DNA of 64,000 nt from Leptolyngbyaceae cyanobacterium (GTDB lineage Bacteria; Cyanobacteriota; Cyanobacteriia; Phormidesmidales; Phormidesmidaceae). Both the position numbers and the translations under genes were made by a program. A model generated the notes under the pieces. It did not search any database and was not told the origin of the DNA. It saw nothing but the letters and a program-made list of their open reading frames with translations. This document shows, one piece after another, positions 35,401-45,118 of this stretch. Where the stretch lies: contig CBDHHL010000032.1 of the NCBI GenBank assembly GCA_965263355.1, positions 832,001-896,000 of the forward strand, given 5' to 3'. How positions within the stretch are numbered: position 1 is the first letter of the stretch; each line of letters opens with the position of its first letter.

Positions 35401-37460
35401 ATTGGTCGCCCCTGTACAACCACATGTTCAACTTTGATGTTGTTGGTTTGTTTGAGCATTAGGGGTTCGCGGAGACCGGTTGCGATCGCAAGATTACTCA
35501 ACGAACTATCCACCACCTGCTGCAGGCTAATTCCATTTAACCGTGCGATCGCAGCCGTATCCGTAGGCTGTAGTGTAAACCCAACAAAGTGAACATTGGC
35601 TAACGCCTCTGAGCGGTTGGGCTGGACCTGTAAAACCGTATCAGCTTTGGAGCGATCAAAGCGAACGGCCAGGACTGTACGTCCGGGGCCTTGCCCTTTA
35701 AGGGTTAGCTGTCCTCGGTTAATGGTGACAGGCTGCAACAGATCCAATTCCCCAATGGGCAAGCGCAGCTCTACGGGTTGATTATCTGCCGACTCTGTTG
35801 AGAGGGTATCGATCAAAGCCTGTAGTGCCTTGCCATCGTCCTGACCATCATTAGGCCAGATACCATGATCCATCACCTCAATCACCTGGATAGGGTTAGC
35901 AGATCTTACCTGATGGCTTAGTCTCAGTCCGGCAATATCCCAAGCAGGGTTGAGAGTCCCCATGAGCCAACACAGACATATGCCAAAAACAAACAATTGC
36001 ACATACAGTAGCAACCGAGATGTTCCCAGTTTCATTACCCGTTCTACCCCCTGACCATGGGCCGAAATACTCTGAGATCCGCGATTGGTCCACTTTTGTT
36101 GGGCTAGGTTCATTTGGGTCCAAATTTTAACTAGAGATCCCCCCCACTGGGATAACAACAACAATGGTAAATGAATTAGTTTCAAGGTTGAGCTACGTCC
36201 CCAAAAGGTAAGCATCAACATCAACGAACGGCTAGCAACAACCCAGCAGATAACCACTGCAGTTGCTCTCCAATGACCTTGGAGTAAGGATAACAACAAA
36301 AATCCAGGAGTAATCAAACAGGTCCAAAAACTGATGCGCTGGTCACACAGACTCCACCAAGTAAACCAGCCTGTAGTAACAGGTCCCAGGCTGATGGCTC
36401 GACCATTATTGCGCAACATGTTGCCATACCAGCGGCGCATATTGTTATAAGCACGATCCACCACTGACCCTGACAGCGTCTCGATAGAATTTACAATGGC
36501 ATCAGGGACATAGAACATGTCATATTTATGACGCAACAGCCAGAACCAGGTACTCTTGTCGTCTCCAGACAAAAACTTAAACCGCCCCCAAAGCCAATCA
36601 TTGAGATAATCTTGCTCTAATTGATCCGCAAATGATGGCTGTAGTGCAGCGTGAGCCCGAAATAATGAAAAGCGCCCAGTGAGACACATCACCTTGTGAG
36701 AGAGTGAGTCAGAACACATTTGCATTTGTCGCTGGGCAAACCGCAAATGAAACCACTCAGAAAAGAAATAGGATCCTTTCACCACCGGTAGCTCGTCAGT
36801 CGTTAAAGCCCCCATTTTAGGCAATAATCGGAAAAAGGGTAGACAGTGCCGCAGGGTACCTGGCAGTAATTCCGAATCCCCATCCATTAGGGCAACCACC
36901 GTATCAGCCGGTAAATCTAGCTGGGCCAGGTGACGCAAACTATCGGCCATGGCCTTGCGCTTACCGTCTTTCTGCGTCATCTGGATCAGGCGAATCCATT
37001 TGAGACCTGGATCTTCCTGTTCCACAATGTCACGAATGGCAGCATTCTCGTCATCGCTACTACTATTAACCAGAACAGTCGTCGGCTGAGCCAGGGTTTT
37101 TGCCTCACTGACAATGGCCTTAAAGACGCGTTCTGAAATCCAGAGCTGTTCTTTATAGGTGGGAACCAAAAAACACATATGGGGCAACTCTGTCACCGGT
37201 ACTGCATCGGCCCGACGACGCCAGCGAGGAAAGACCCGATGCAAGTAGTAGCGCGCCCGTAACATGCGCAACAAAAACCAGGACCAGCGCCAAATGCCAA
37301 CGGCCCCGAGACTAACCAGACCAAAAATATTCCAGATCGCCAAGTTTCCAGAATTTTGCAATAGATAGAGACCGCCTAATCCACAGCTAAACAATGCCCA
37401 AAACATAGCTGTGCTGATATAAGCGCTCATAGAGCGTTGCTGGGTCAAAGAGGTAGTCAT
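35358..37460 (-). CDS. alg8: Alg8-like GT2 polymerase fused to a C-terminal beta-helix start domain
   Basis: GKRKAMA, LMDGDS, EWFHLRFAQRQ..CS..LS.KV.CLTGR.S.FRA, FLSGDDKSTW, RWYGNMLR, DQRISFWT; C-terminus PNDGQDDGKALQALID..LP.G..TLKGQG. Confidence 0.85.
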   Translation of the reverse strand: MTTSLTQQRSMSAYISTAMFWALFSCGLGGLYLLQNSGNLAIWNIFGLVSLGAVGIWRWSWFLLRMLRARYYLHRVFPRWRRRADAVPVTELPHMCFLVPTYKEQLWISERVFKAIVSEAKTLAQPTTVLVNSSSDDENAAIRDIVEQEDPGLKWIRLIQMTQKDGKRKAMADSLRHLAQLDLPADTVVALMDGDSELLPGTLRHCLPFFRLLPKMGALTTDELPVVKGSYFFSEWFHLRFAQRQMQMCSDSLSHKVMCLTGRFSLFRAHAALQPSFADQLEQDYLNDWLWGRFKFLSGDDKSTWFWLLRHKYDMFYVPDAIVNSIETLSGSVVDRAYNNMRRWYGNMLRNNGRAISLGPVTTGWFTWWSLCDQRISFWTCLITPGFLLLSLLQGHWRATAVVICWVVASRSLMLMLTFWGRSSTLKLIHLPLLLLSQWGGSLVKIWTQMNLAQQKWTNRGSQSISAHGQGVERVMKLGTSRLLLYVQLFVFGICLCWLMGTLNPAWDIAGLRLSHQVRSANPIQVIEVMDHGIWPNDGQDDGKALQALIDTLSTESADNQPVELRLPIGELDLLQPVTINRGQLTLKGQGPGRTVLAVRFDRSKADTVLQVQPNRSEALANVHFVGFTLQPTDTAAIARLNGISLQQVVDSSLSNLAIATGLREPLMLKQTNNIKVEHVVVQGRPIQFPADTEKLAKST

Positions 37461-37536
37461 AATCCTGCCCTAAAAACGAGATATAGGTAATAAGAAAATA
37501 GAAATTTGCTCGAAATTTGTTGCAGCGTCGACGGTA

Positions 37537-38907
37537 TTAAAACAACCTGCTCAGAAATGCTATCGGATTTCTCTGGGTGCTAAAGGTAAGGGAGGCAGAG
37601 TCGCCAACACCACAGAATCGAGAGGCTTGGCCTTGAGCCTGGGTAGGGGGCATGCTAACGCGTACACGGGCTAAGGATTGCCCCACCAAATTAGCTGGAA
37701 CAGTCGGCACTAGGGCTTCAGCTCGAGCTTTAGTAATTTCACCAGCACTAATGGCGGTAACAAAATCGACGTTGCCAACAATGGTGCCAGCATTACCATG
37801 TTTAATGCGCACGGGTTTATTAGTGTCAATACGTCTTGCTTGGTCGGTGCTAACTAAGGCTTCCACCCAAAGCTGATTGCAGTCTAAAAGTGACAACAGT
37901 GCTGTAGGACGATTAACTTGTTCGCCCGCATCATGATTTGTTGCATAGACTACACCCTCAAAGGGAGCAAGCAGGGGGATCAAAGAAGAATCGTCAGAGA
38001 GGCTGGCGTTAACGGTTGTTTGCTTGGCAAGTTTTGCCTGAGAAGGTTGCGCCTCTAACTCGATTGCCAGCAGAGCAATTTGACTATTCTGACGTTGAAT
38101 TTCTTCCATCAGCCGACGTCGTTGGGATTGTAAGTCCTTAAGGTTTGACTGAATTGGGGCTTGTTGAGCCAATGCATCGGCATTGAGCCGAGCGATATTT
38201 TGCTCAGATTGAGCCTGTTCTACAGCCGCTTGACTAGAGCGCCAGTTGGCTTCGAGTTCATCTACTTCCTGTTGCGACACAGCGCCTTTGGCTAGAAGCG
38301 TGTTAAACCGCTCATACTTGTTCTGGGCAGCGTTTTCTTGGGAAATGGCTGCCGTTAGTGCCGCATCAGAATAATCAACGGTTTCAGCGGCAACATCTAC
38401 AGTAACAGATCGTATTAACTCTTCCTGACGATTCAATTCCTGTAACTGCTGATTTAACAATTCTAATGCTTGCTGAGCTGACGTTAATTGAATCTCTATT
38501 GTCTGATTAGTGAGTTGTGCATTATTTGTTGCGATCGCTACAAAATTTTCGCTTGATGGTTGTTGTGTAAACGGAGTTAACTGTGCCAACACCTGTCCTG
38601 CTTTTACCCGTGCTCCTGGCCGAGCATAAAAATTTTTGATTTTGCCATCCACCGGAGCCTGAATTCGCACGGATCGACCATTAACCAAACCATAATCAAC
38701 GCTTAAATGAGTTAATCGATAAGCAATCGACGCCACACCAATACTTGTTGCCACTACCCCTAGAGAGACATAAGCTAAACCAACTAAGCCACGCCGCCAA
38801 ACGGGAATCGCTTCCTTGGGAAGAGATAATTTGTACTGAGATGCACCAGGAGAAAAAACCTTGGGCTCAGAAGCCCCAGACATAGAATCAACCATGAACC
38901 CCAACAA
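37537..38907 (-). CDS. Alg44-like membrane fusion (HlyD-type) protein lacking PilZ
   Basis: One N-terminal TM helix, IQAPVDG..V..GQVLA hybrid motif, coiled coil, LAPFEGVV; directly upstream of alg8. Confidence 0.75.
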   Translation of the reverse strand: MLGFMVDSMSGASEPKVFSPGASQYKLSLPKEAIPVWRRGLVGLAYVSLGVVATSIGVASIAYRLTHLSVDYGLVNGRSVRIQAPVDGKIKNFYARPGARVKAGQVLAQLTPFTQQPSSENFVAIATNNAQLTNQTIEIQLTSAQQALELLNQQLQELNRQEELIRSVTVDVAAETVDYSDAALTAAISQENAAQNKYERFNTLLAKGAVSQQEVDELEANWRSSQAAVEQAQSEQNIARLNADALAQQAPIQSNLKDLQSQRRRLMEEIQRQNSQIALLAIELEAQPSQAKLAKQTTVNASLSDDSSLIPLLAPFEGVVYATNHDAGEQVNRPTALLSLLDCNQLWVEALVSTDQARRIDTNKPVRIKHGNAGTIVGNVDFVTAISAGEITKARAEALVPTVPANLVGQSLARVRVSMPPTQAQGQASRFCGVGDSASLTFSTQRNPIAFLSRLF

Positions 38908-38917
38908 TTTAACTATG

Positions 38918-38979
38918 ATTAATGACCTAAACAGAAATGCATTAATGACCTAAACAGAAATGCATTAATGACCTAAACA
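38918..38979. repeat. 23-bp tandem repeat x2.7
   Basis: ATTAATGACCTAAACAGAAATGC twice plus a 16-bp partial copy, just upstream of the alg44-like start. Confidence 0.9.
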
Positions 38980-39714
38980 AGTAGGCATGAAAGTTTATGC
39001 GTTCGCTCATCAAAAATATTACATACAATCCTGGAGTTCTCATCAGCTAAAATTGCGGACTTCACACAAGCAGATGCGACCATAGCTATTAGTCGAATAC
39101 GTATTCTCACGTATATGCGTATAACTTTTTAAAAAAAATCATAGATGTATAAAATGTCTATCAAGGCGTCTTAAGTAATTGATATAAAAAGGATAGAGCG
39201 CCTAAATCTTTCAGACATCAAATAACGAACATAATGATTATGTATAAAAAAGTTCCTCCCATTTTTATCAGGCACTTTTTTAAAGAAAAAATATAAAGTT
39301 TACACAATCTTTATCTAAGTGATTTTTTACGTGAATATACGCATACTAAAAACGTATTTAAATCACATACCGAGTAAGTGTTTTAACTGTAAAAATCTGC
39401 GTTTAGTTATCTCAATATTTCAATATATTTAGGGGGTATGGACCAGATTCTAGATTGTCATAGCACTGTCTAAAACACTGATTTTCCTAAACATACGACA
39501 AATTGCGTAGACCATATGAAAAACTGGCACAGCAAGTGATAAGTAATTTCCGGTAGATTGCTTTTTGTATGCAACAAGCATTTCAATGCATAAAGACGTT
39601 TACGTCCAAAAATAGCTATTAATATCGAGATTTTTCGCTCACAAACCGCTTTAGTCAATTTGACAAATCTGCATCTGTTGAGTTTCCTTGGTTGGGTCCT
39701 GCTTGCTAATCTTG

Positions 39715-41673
39715 TTAGACCTTAAAGACACCTTCAGGATTTACCGACATGAGCGGACGACGGGCACTACCTTCCTTGTGTAACACCTCGTTGGCAGCGA
39801 GCAAACCACTGCTAATCGCCCGTTCCATTAAGCCGCAGGGGAATGGCATTTTGACCCAGTCTCCAGCAAACATGAGGTTGGGCACAGCGGTAGCGCTACT
39901 GGGGCGATTGGGATAGCTGCCCGGAGGGAATCCGGCAAAGTTCTTTTGGTTTACCAACTCCTGGTGCAAAATATTAGCACCTTCAAGTGCAGGAACAATT
40001 TTCCAAAGTTCTTGTTTAAACGTATCCAAAAGAGCTTGTTGGGTGGGAAAATCACTCTCTTTATAGCAGTAGGCATGAAGCTCAACAACGCTGCCACCAG
40101 TCTCTTCTGCCCACTTAGTATAATCTCCTTGCACCTTATGATAGAGAGTGATGCTGTCAGTAAGGTCATATCCAGAGAGGGAAGTAAACCAGCTGTATTC
40201 CCAGTCAAAATCACGATCTAACCAAAACCGTCCAACGGCAAATGGGTCGGCCACTTGCAGCCCATTTATCTGAGCCATAACGGTCGGATGGGGATCTCCT
40301 TGGGAGAGGGAAAAGAGATTTTTGATACCAGGAATATCAGCGGCAAAAATAAAGTAGTCAGCGGTTAGATTGTTTACCAGTGTATCGGTATTTTTGACAG
40401 TGGGAGCAGCAATCAACTGGATACGGTTGTGCTCCCGCCTAAGCACCTTAAAGTGGGCTAAATCCTCTTGAGCAGGACCGCTCATCACCTTGCCATCAGT
40501 ATCGTAGGCAGCCCCGTGACAGGGACAGATAAACCCTTTGCCATCGGCGGCAACTGTTTTGTTGACGCTACAGCCTTGATGGGTACAGGTGAGGGAGATC
40601 GCTTGATCGCTGTTGTTTTCTACGACAAATAATCGGTCACCTGCACCATAGTAATTGGTAGTATCGGTGCTGAGGAGGGGGTTGCGATCGCACCAAAATG
40701 GCACCGGATTCACCGCAATATTGCCGTTCTGATAATCAACGCTAGCAATTTTGCCATCGTCCCAATTAATTTGACTGACGGTTACGCCAGTGAGAATGCG
40801 ACCGCCATTGGCCTCAATGGCGGCACTCAGCGGCTCCACCAGACAGCGCCCCATATCTTCACAGGTGCCGTTAAAGGCTAACCCCTCGGGATTACCAAAA
40901 AAGTAAAAATGGAAAAACTGCATTAGCTCACCGGCACTAAGGACATCCGGCGCATTTAAGCTGGACTTAGCAAAGGGCAAAAAGTATAGATCGTACAGCC
41001 CCTTAGGAAACTGACCCTGGCCCCATTCATCCACTGAAAGATGGTCTAGCCGCTCATAGGTCTGGGGCATGCGGAAACTGGTAATCTCCCGAAACACCTC
41101 CAGATGCTTCAAATTGGTCAAATTAATCCCCCAGGTCAGGCGATTTTCTGACGAAACCGCCAGGTCCACAATATTCCAGGGGAAGGACGCGTTACTAGGA
41201 TAGAATGCCTCAGGTTTATAGCCATTTTTGTAGAGAACGGCATAGAAATTAAGGGACCGAAAATTATCCTGGACCTGCAGTTCATCCACCAAACTAAACA
41301 GGTTGTAATACTGGGGAAAAAAGCCATGGAAGCCATGTTCCATTCGCAGCTCATGCTCCCCCACCTGGATCGGCCAGCTAGCAATTTTACCGCCTAATTG
41401 GGGGGCACGCTCCAGCAGGGTAACCGCCACCCCGCGTTTGCTCAGTTCATAGGCAGTGGCCAAACCGGCCAATCCTCCGCCAACGATAACGGCTGTGGTA
41501 GAACGCCCTACTTTGTGAGGTAAATCAAGCCGATCAACTTGATGGAGTGTAGGTTGGGGTTTAGTAAAGCGAGTATAGCCAAGGGTACCGCCAACGGCTC
41601 CAACTCCCAATAGCTTAAGCGCACTCCGTCTTGAGATATCAGAGGTTAGCAGGGTGTCAGGGAATAGATTCAT
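39715..41673 (-). CDS. cruE: FAD-dependent carotenoid desaturase with inserted Rieske domain, CruE/CrtU-like
   Basis: Tat-like SRRSALKLL, GGGLAGL, EHGFHGFFPQYYN, CTHQGC..CPCHG, FAGDWV..LMERA; ATG 41673 preferred. Confidence 0.75.
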   Translation of the reverse strand: MNLFPDTLLTSDISRRSALKLLGVGAVGGTLGYTRFTKPQPTLHQVDRLDLPHKVGRSTTAVIVGGGLAGLATAYELSKRGVAVTLLERAPQLGGKIASWPIQVGEHELRMEHGFHGFFPQYYNLFSLVDELQVQDNFRSLNFYAVLYKNGYKPEAFYPSNASFPWNIVDLAVSSENRLTWGINLTNLKHLEVFREITSFRMPQTYERLDHLSVDEWGQGQFPKGLYDLYFLPFAKSSLNAPDVLSAGELMQFFHFYFFGNPEGLAFNGTCEDMGRCLVEPLSAAIEANGGRILTGVTVSQINWDDGKIASVDYQNGNIAVNPVPFWCDRNPLLSTDTTNYYGAGDRLFVVENNSDQAISLTCTHQGCSVNKTVAADGKGFICPCHGAAYDTDGKVMSGPAQEDLAHFKVLRREHNRIQLIAAPTVKNTDTLVNNLTADYFIFAADIPGIKNLFSLSQGDPHPTVMAQINGLQVADPFAVGRFWLDRDFDWEYSWFTSLSGYDLTDSITLYHKVQGDYTKWAEETGGSVVELHAYCYKESDFPTQQALLDTFKQELWKIVPALEGANILHQELVNQKNFAGFPPGSYPNRPSSATAVPNLMFAGDWVKMPFPCGLMERAISSGLLAANEVLHKEGSARRPLMSVNPEGVFKV

Positions 41674-41915
41674 TAAGGAAATAAACGTAATCGGTGAGCG
41701 ATTGGGGTCAATAAAACTGGCCAATAGTGCGGCCATCAACTATACGGATACCTCAGGTCGGATGGATTGTCCGTATTTAATTTGCTTAAAGAGAATCAAC
41801 GTTAGCCAGGTGTTCAATAAATAAGTATGGTTAGCAGTGCCTTGAGAAGATAGCTATGATAAATCAATTTTGGTACAAATCCTAAACCATAAAGGACGGC
41901 AGCCGTAAAACACTT

Positions 41916-42701
41916 ATGGTCTATTTAATGGCTCAAATTAACCGGTATTGGCAGGAAATTCTAGCCGTTGCTGAGCGTATTCTACTAGAGCTGGTAAGAC
42001 GGCGACGTAGTTTGATTTTTTGGGCCATTTTCCCCACCTTGCTGTTATTTCTCAATGGGGCGATCACGGCGGAGCGGGCTCAGCTAGAACTGGCAGAGGC
42101 CTTGGCGATTGTTGCACCCCCCACGCTGGTGGGGGCGGCACTATTTTTTAGCTGCTTAGGGGGTAGTGTGGCGACGGTCGTCGCTGAGCGTGAGCAAAAT
42201 ACGCTGAAACGGTTATTTCTTTCGCCGCTGCGGGGGGTGTCCTATTTTCTGGGCATTGTGCTTGCCCATAGTGCCATTGGATTGGGGCAGACGTTACTGG
42301 TGTTTGCGATCGCACTCTTCTGGGGCGCTACATTTCCCGGTTCATGGCCCCTGGCGATGCTAATCATTTTGCTGAGTATTCTTACCTATGTGGGGGTGGG
42401 GTTTATCTTGGGCACCCAGTTTGCCCGCCGCACCGAGGATGTCAATGCATTGGTCGCGGCCTTTGGGGTGCCGTTGTTGATTTTGGGCGGTGCCTTTATG
42501 CCCACGTCTATTTTTCCTGACTCCTTGCTACGGCTGGCCCGGTTTAACCCTATTTTTCATATGACCGAAGCGTTAACCTTAACCATGGCCGGTGAACCGG
42601 CAGGGGAACATCTGGGTTTTCTGAGCTTATTTGCCTTAGCGATGGTGGTTAGTGGCTGGTTGTCCTATCGGCGTATGCTGCGTCTGGAGCGGCAGCTTTA
42701 A
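41916..42701 (+). CDS. ABC-2 type transporter permease
   Basis: EREQNTLKRL..SPL, GGAFMP, FNP motifs; six TM segments. Confidence 0.88.
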   Translation: MVYLMAQINRYWQEILAVAERILLELVRRRRSLIFWAIFPTLLLFLNGAITAERAQLELAEALAIVAPPTLVGAALFFSCLGGSVATVVAEREQNTLKRLFLSPLRGVSYFLGIVLAHSAIGLGQTLLVFAIALFWGATFPGSWPLAMLIILLSILTYVGVGFILGTQFARRTEDVNALVAAFGVPLLILGGAFMPTSIFPDSLLRLARFNPIFHMTEALTLTMAGEPAGEHLGFLSLFALAMVVSGWLSYRRMLRLERQL

Positions 42702-42776
42702 CAAACGGCGAGTTAAGGCACTGCCCTTACATCAGCCTTGATGTTATAACCAAACTGTTGCCCTAAATCTTGCAAT

Positions 42777-43382
42777 TTGGTTATGCCTAAGGTTTTAGAT
42801 CCCCAAGCGAGTTATACCTTCCACTCATATTTCGAGATGCGGTACAACGTTGCTGATATCCTGGCAGATTTGGGGTTTAACTATGATCGACGTTATCTGA
42901 ATTTGCCTCAAAACGGACGTTCTCTTAATACCACACGCATTGAAGAAACTTTACAGCGTAATCTCCGCTATGCCGAACCGTCTAGCGAAGCAGCACGGCG
43001 CGAATTGTTGATTGCACCTGTTTTGGTAGAGCTGTGTGAACTGTTGGATGCCCGTTTGGATATTGAATACCCGATTAAGGTATCCAATTGGTTAAAGGGG
43101 TCAATTGATTATCGGGTAGTGACGGCCAATACGATCACGATTGTTGAAGCAAAGCAGGCAGACTTAACCCATGGGTTTGTACAACTGGCGGCGGAGTTGA
43201 TTGCGCTAGATAAGTGGATTGATGAAGATTTGCCGTTGTTGTATGGGGCAGTGACCACAGGAGAAGATTGGCGGTTTGGAATTTTAGATCGCGAAGCGAA
43301 ACAGGTCACCCAGGATATTGCCTTGTATCGTGCGCCTGAAAATGTAGAGACGTTATTGCGAGTATTGATGGCGGTTGCTTAG
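42777..43382 (+). CDS. PD-(D/E)XK-like / HsdR-N-like protein (paralog 1)
   Basis: EAARRELLIAPVL, GSIDY..IVEAKQ, QLAAELIALD, YGAVTTGEDWRFG. Confidence 0.7.
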   Translation: MVMPKVLDPQASYTFHSYFEMRYNVADILADLGFNYDRRYLNLPQNGRSLNTTRIEETLQRNLRYAEPSSEAARRELLIAPVLVELCELLDARLDIEYPIKVSNWLKGSIDYRVVTANTITIVEAKQADLTHGFVQLAAELIALDKWIDEDLPLLYGAVTTGEDWRFGILDREAKQVTQDIALYRAPENVETLLRVLMAVA

Positions 43383-43458
43383 ATTTGTGCATCCTACCCA
43401 ACTTCGACAGCTAAAATATGCCTGGAGCTAATCTATGACCTAGAGCAGTAGCAATCCC

Positions 43459-44085
43459 ATGACACGTCCGCCAATTTTAGATAAAACTCAAAGCTATACA
43501 TTTAGCAAGTATTTTGAGCTAATGGCTGATCCGGAGGATATTTTTGCGGAGTTAGGGGCTAGCTTTAAAAAACAAGCCTTGCAATTACCGACTGCATCGG
43601 AGAAATTAGATTTCTTACCAGCTCTCGAAAAGAGACTTTTACAGACGCTTGAGTTGGTTGATTTAACGAGTGAAATGGCACGTCGTGAGACTCTGATTGC
43701 GCCTGTTTTATTAGAGGTTTGCGCACAAACCCATCAGCCGTTAAAAATTGAGTATGCAGTCGATGTCAGCAAATGGCTACGGGGTAGCTTGGATTATTTT
43801 ATTCCCGGTGCGCAAAATCTATTAATTATTGAGGCGAAACAGGCAGATTTGGCGCGAGGGTTTGTGCAACTAGGGGCAGAGTTGATTGCGCTAGATCAGT
43901 GGACGACATCGAATCAGCCTTTGCTGTACGGGGCGATTACAACGGGAGATGCCTGGAAATTTGGCTGTTTTGAACGGGCAGATAAAATACTACGGCAAGA
44001 TATTGGTTTGTATGCAGTCCCATCTGACTTAAAGCAGGTGGTGGCTATTTTACTCGGGATTATTCAAGGTCATGCGTCAGCGTAA
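43459..44085 (+). CDS. PD-(D/E)XK-like / HsdR-N-like protein (paralog 2)
   Basis: EMARRETLIAPVL, GSLDY..IIEAKQ, QLGAELIALD, YGAITTGDAWKFG. Confidence 0.7.
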   Translation: MTRPPILDKTQSYTFSKYFELMADPEDIFAELGASFKKQALQLPTASEKLDFLPALEKRLLQTLELVDLTSEMARRETLIAPVLLEVCAQTHQPLKIEYAVDVSKWLRGSLDYFIPGAQNLLIIEAKQADLARGFVQLGAELIALDQWTTSNQPLLYGAITTGDAWKFGCFERADKILRQDIGLYAVPSDLKQVVAILLGIIQGHASA

Positions 44086-44135
44086 TCATGTCCACAGGTA
44101 ATATTATCTCCTACCCAATGGCTAAAGTTGTTTAT

Positions 44136-44534
44136 CTACACCCAATTTTCAACAGTTAGTCCAGGTACACGGAGAAACTCTTTTTCATTGTTGGTAATCA
44201 AGTTAATACCTAGACTGAGTGCTTGAGCGGCGATCAGAAAATCTAAGGGGCCAATAGGTGTACCCTTTTTCTCAAGTTGAGCACGAATCGAGCCATAGGT
44301 TTGCGCAGCAGCCATGTCGAAATCGATGATTTCTAACGGTAGTAAAAACTGATCTAACGCAGCTTGATTTTTGTCTGGTTGCTGACTTTTTTGAGTGCCA
44401 TGGGTGAGTTCAGAGACGGTAATAGTAGACACGCCAATATCCCCAACTTCACAGGCTCGAAAACGGTCAAAAACTTCAGGTGGTTTACGTTTGATGATGT
44501 AGATGCAAATGTTGGTGTCGAGTAGATATTTCAT
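44136..44534 (-). CDS. vapC: VapC PIN-domain toxin
   Basis: YLLDTNICI, SEL, IGPLDFLIAAQA, TNNEKEF.RV.GL..ENW. Confidence 0.93.
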   Translation of the reverse strand: MKYLLDTNICIYIIKRKPPEVFDRFRACEVGDIGVSTITVSELTHGTQKSQQPDKNQAALDQFLLPLEIIDFDMAAAQTYGSIRAQLEKKGTPIGPLDFLIAAQALSLGINLITNNEKEFLRVPGLTVENWV

Positions 44535-44657
44535 ACACCGTCTAAGTAGAAATGATGTGTCAGGCGTACCCTAGCCCCTCTGGGGCGACCGTGCCAACGA
44601 CTCCGCTCGGTAGTACGTTGGTTGCTAGCTTTGACTCCGCTCAGCTAGCAGACTTAT

Positions 44658-44891
44658 CTATTCAAATAGGTCTTCGCGTTCTTGATGTTCAGGCTGTTCT
44701 CGGTCTTCCATAAAGTCATCGGAAAATTGCTCGACGCTATCGATCAGTAACTGCCAGGGATTTTGGTAGGGCAGGAGTACTACGGCATTACCTACTCGTT
44801 TGATGTAAACCTGATCGCCTTCAAATCGAAATGATTTGGGTAACCGAACGGCTTGACTTTGACCATTTTGAAATAGTTTTGCTGTGTTCAT
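44658..44891 (-). CDS. vapB: VapB AbrB-type antitoxin
   Basis: AKLFQNGQSQAVRLPKSFRF, FSDDFMEDREQP. Confidence 0.93.
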   Translation of the reverse strand: MNTAKLFQNGQSQAVRLPKSFRFEGDQVYIKRVGNAVVLLPYQNPWQLLIDSVEQFSDDFMEDREQPEHQEREDLFE

Positions 44892-45118
44892 AGTTGGGCT
44901 GAGTATATATTTTAAGTGTATATTTTCTATGGGTATTTGGTGTTTGAATACCAGATCCGAGTTTATTAAACCCGATTAAAGATAGCCAACCCTGTGGGGG
45001 CATTGGGGATGCTCCATTTCTGTGTGGCTCTAATATTATGTGCCTGTAGGGGCATTGGGGATATCCTGAAATATAGGCTTAAATAGAGGAAAATTGATGG
45101 TTCTTTTCCTGGAAAGTC

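Noticed and set aside
38918..38979. 23-bp repeats as a mini CRISPR
   Set aside because: Head-to-tail copies with no spacers
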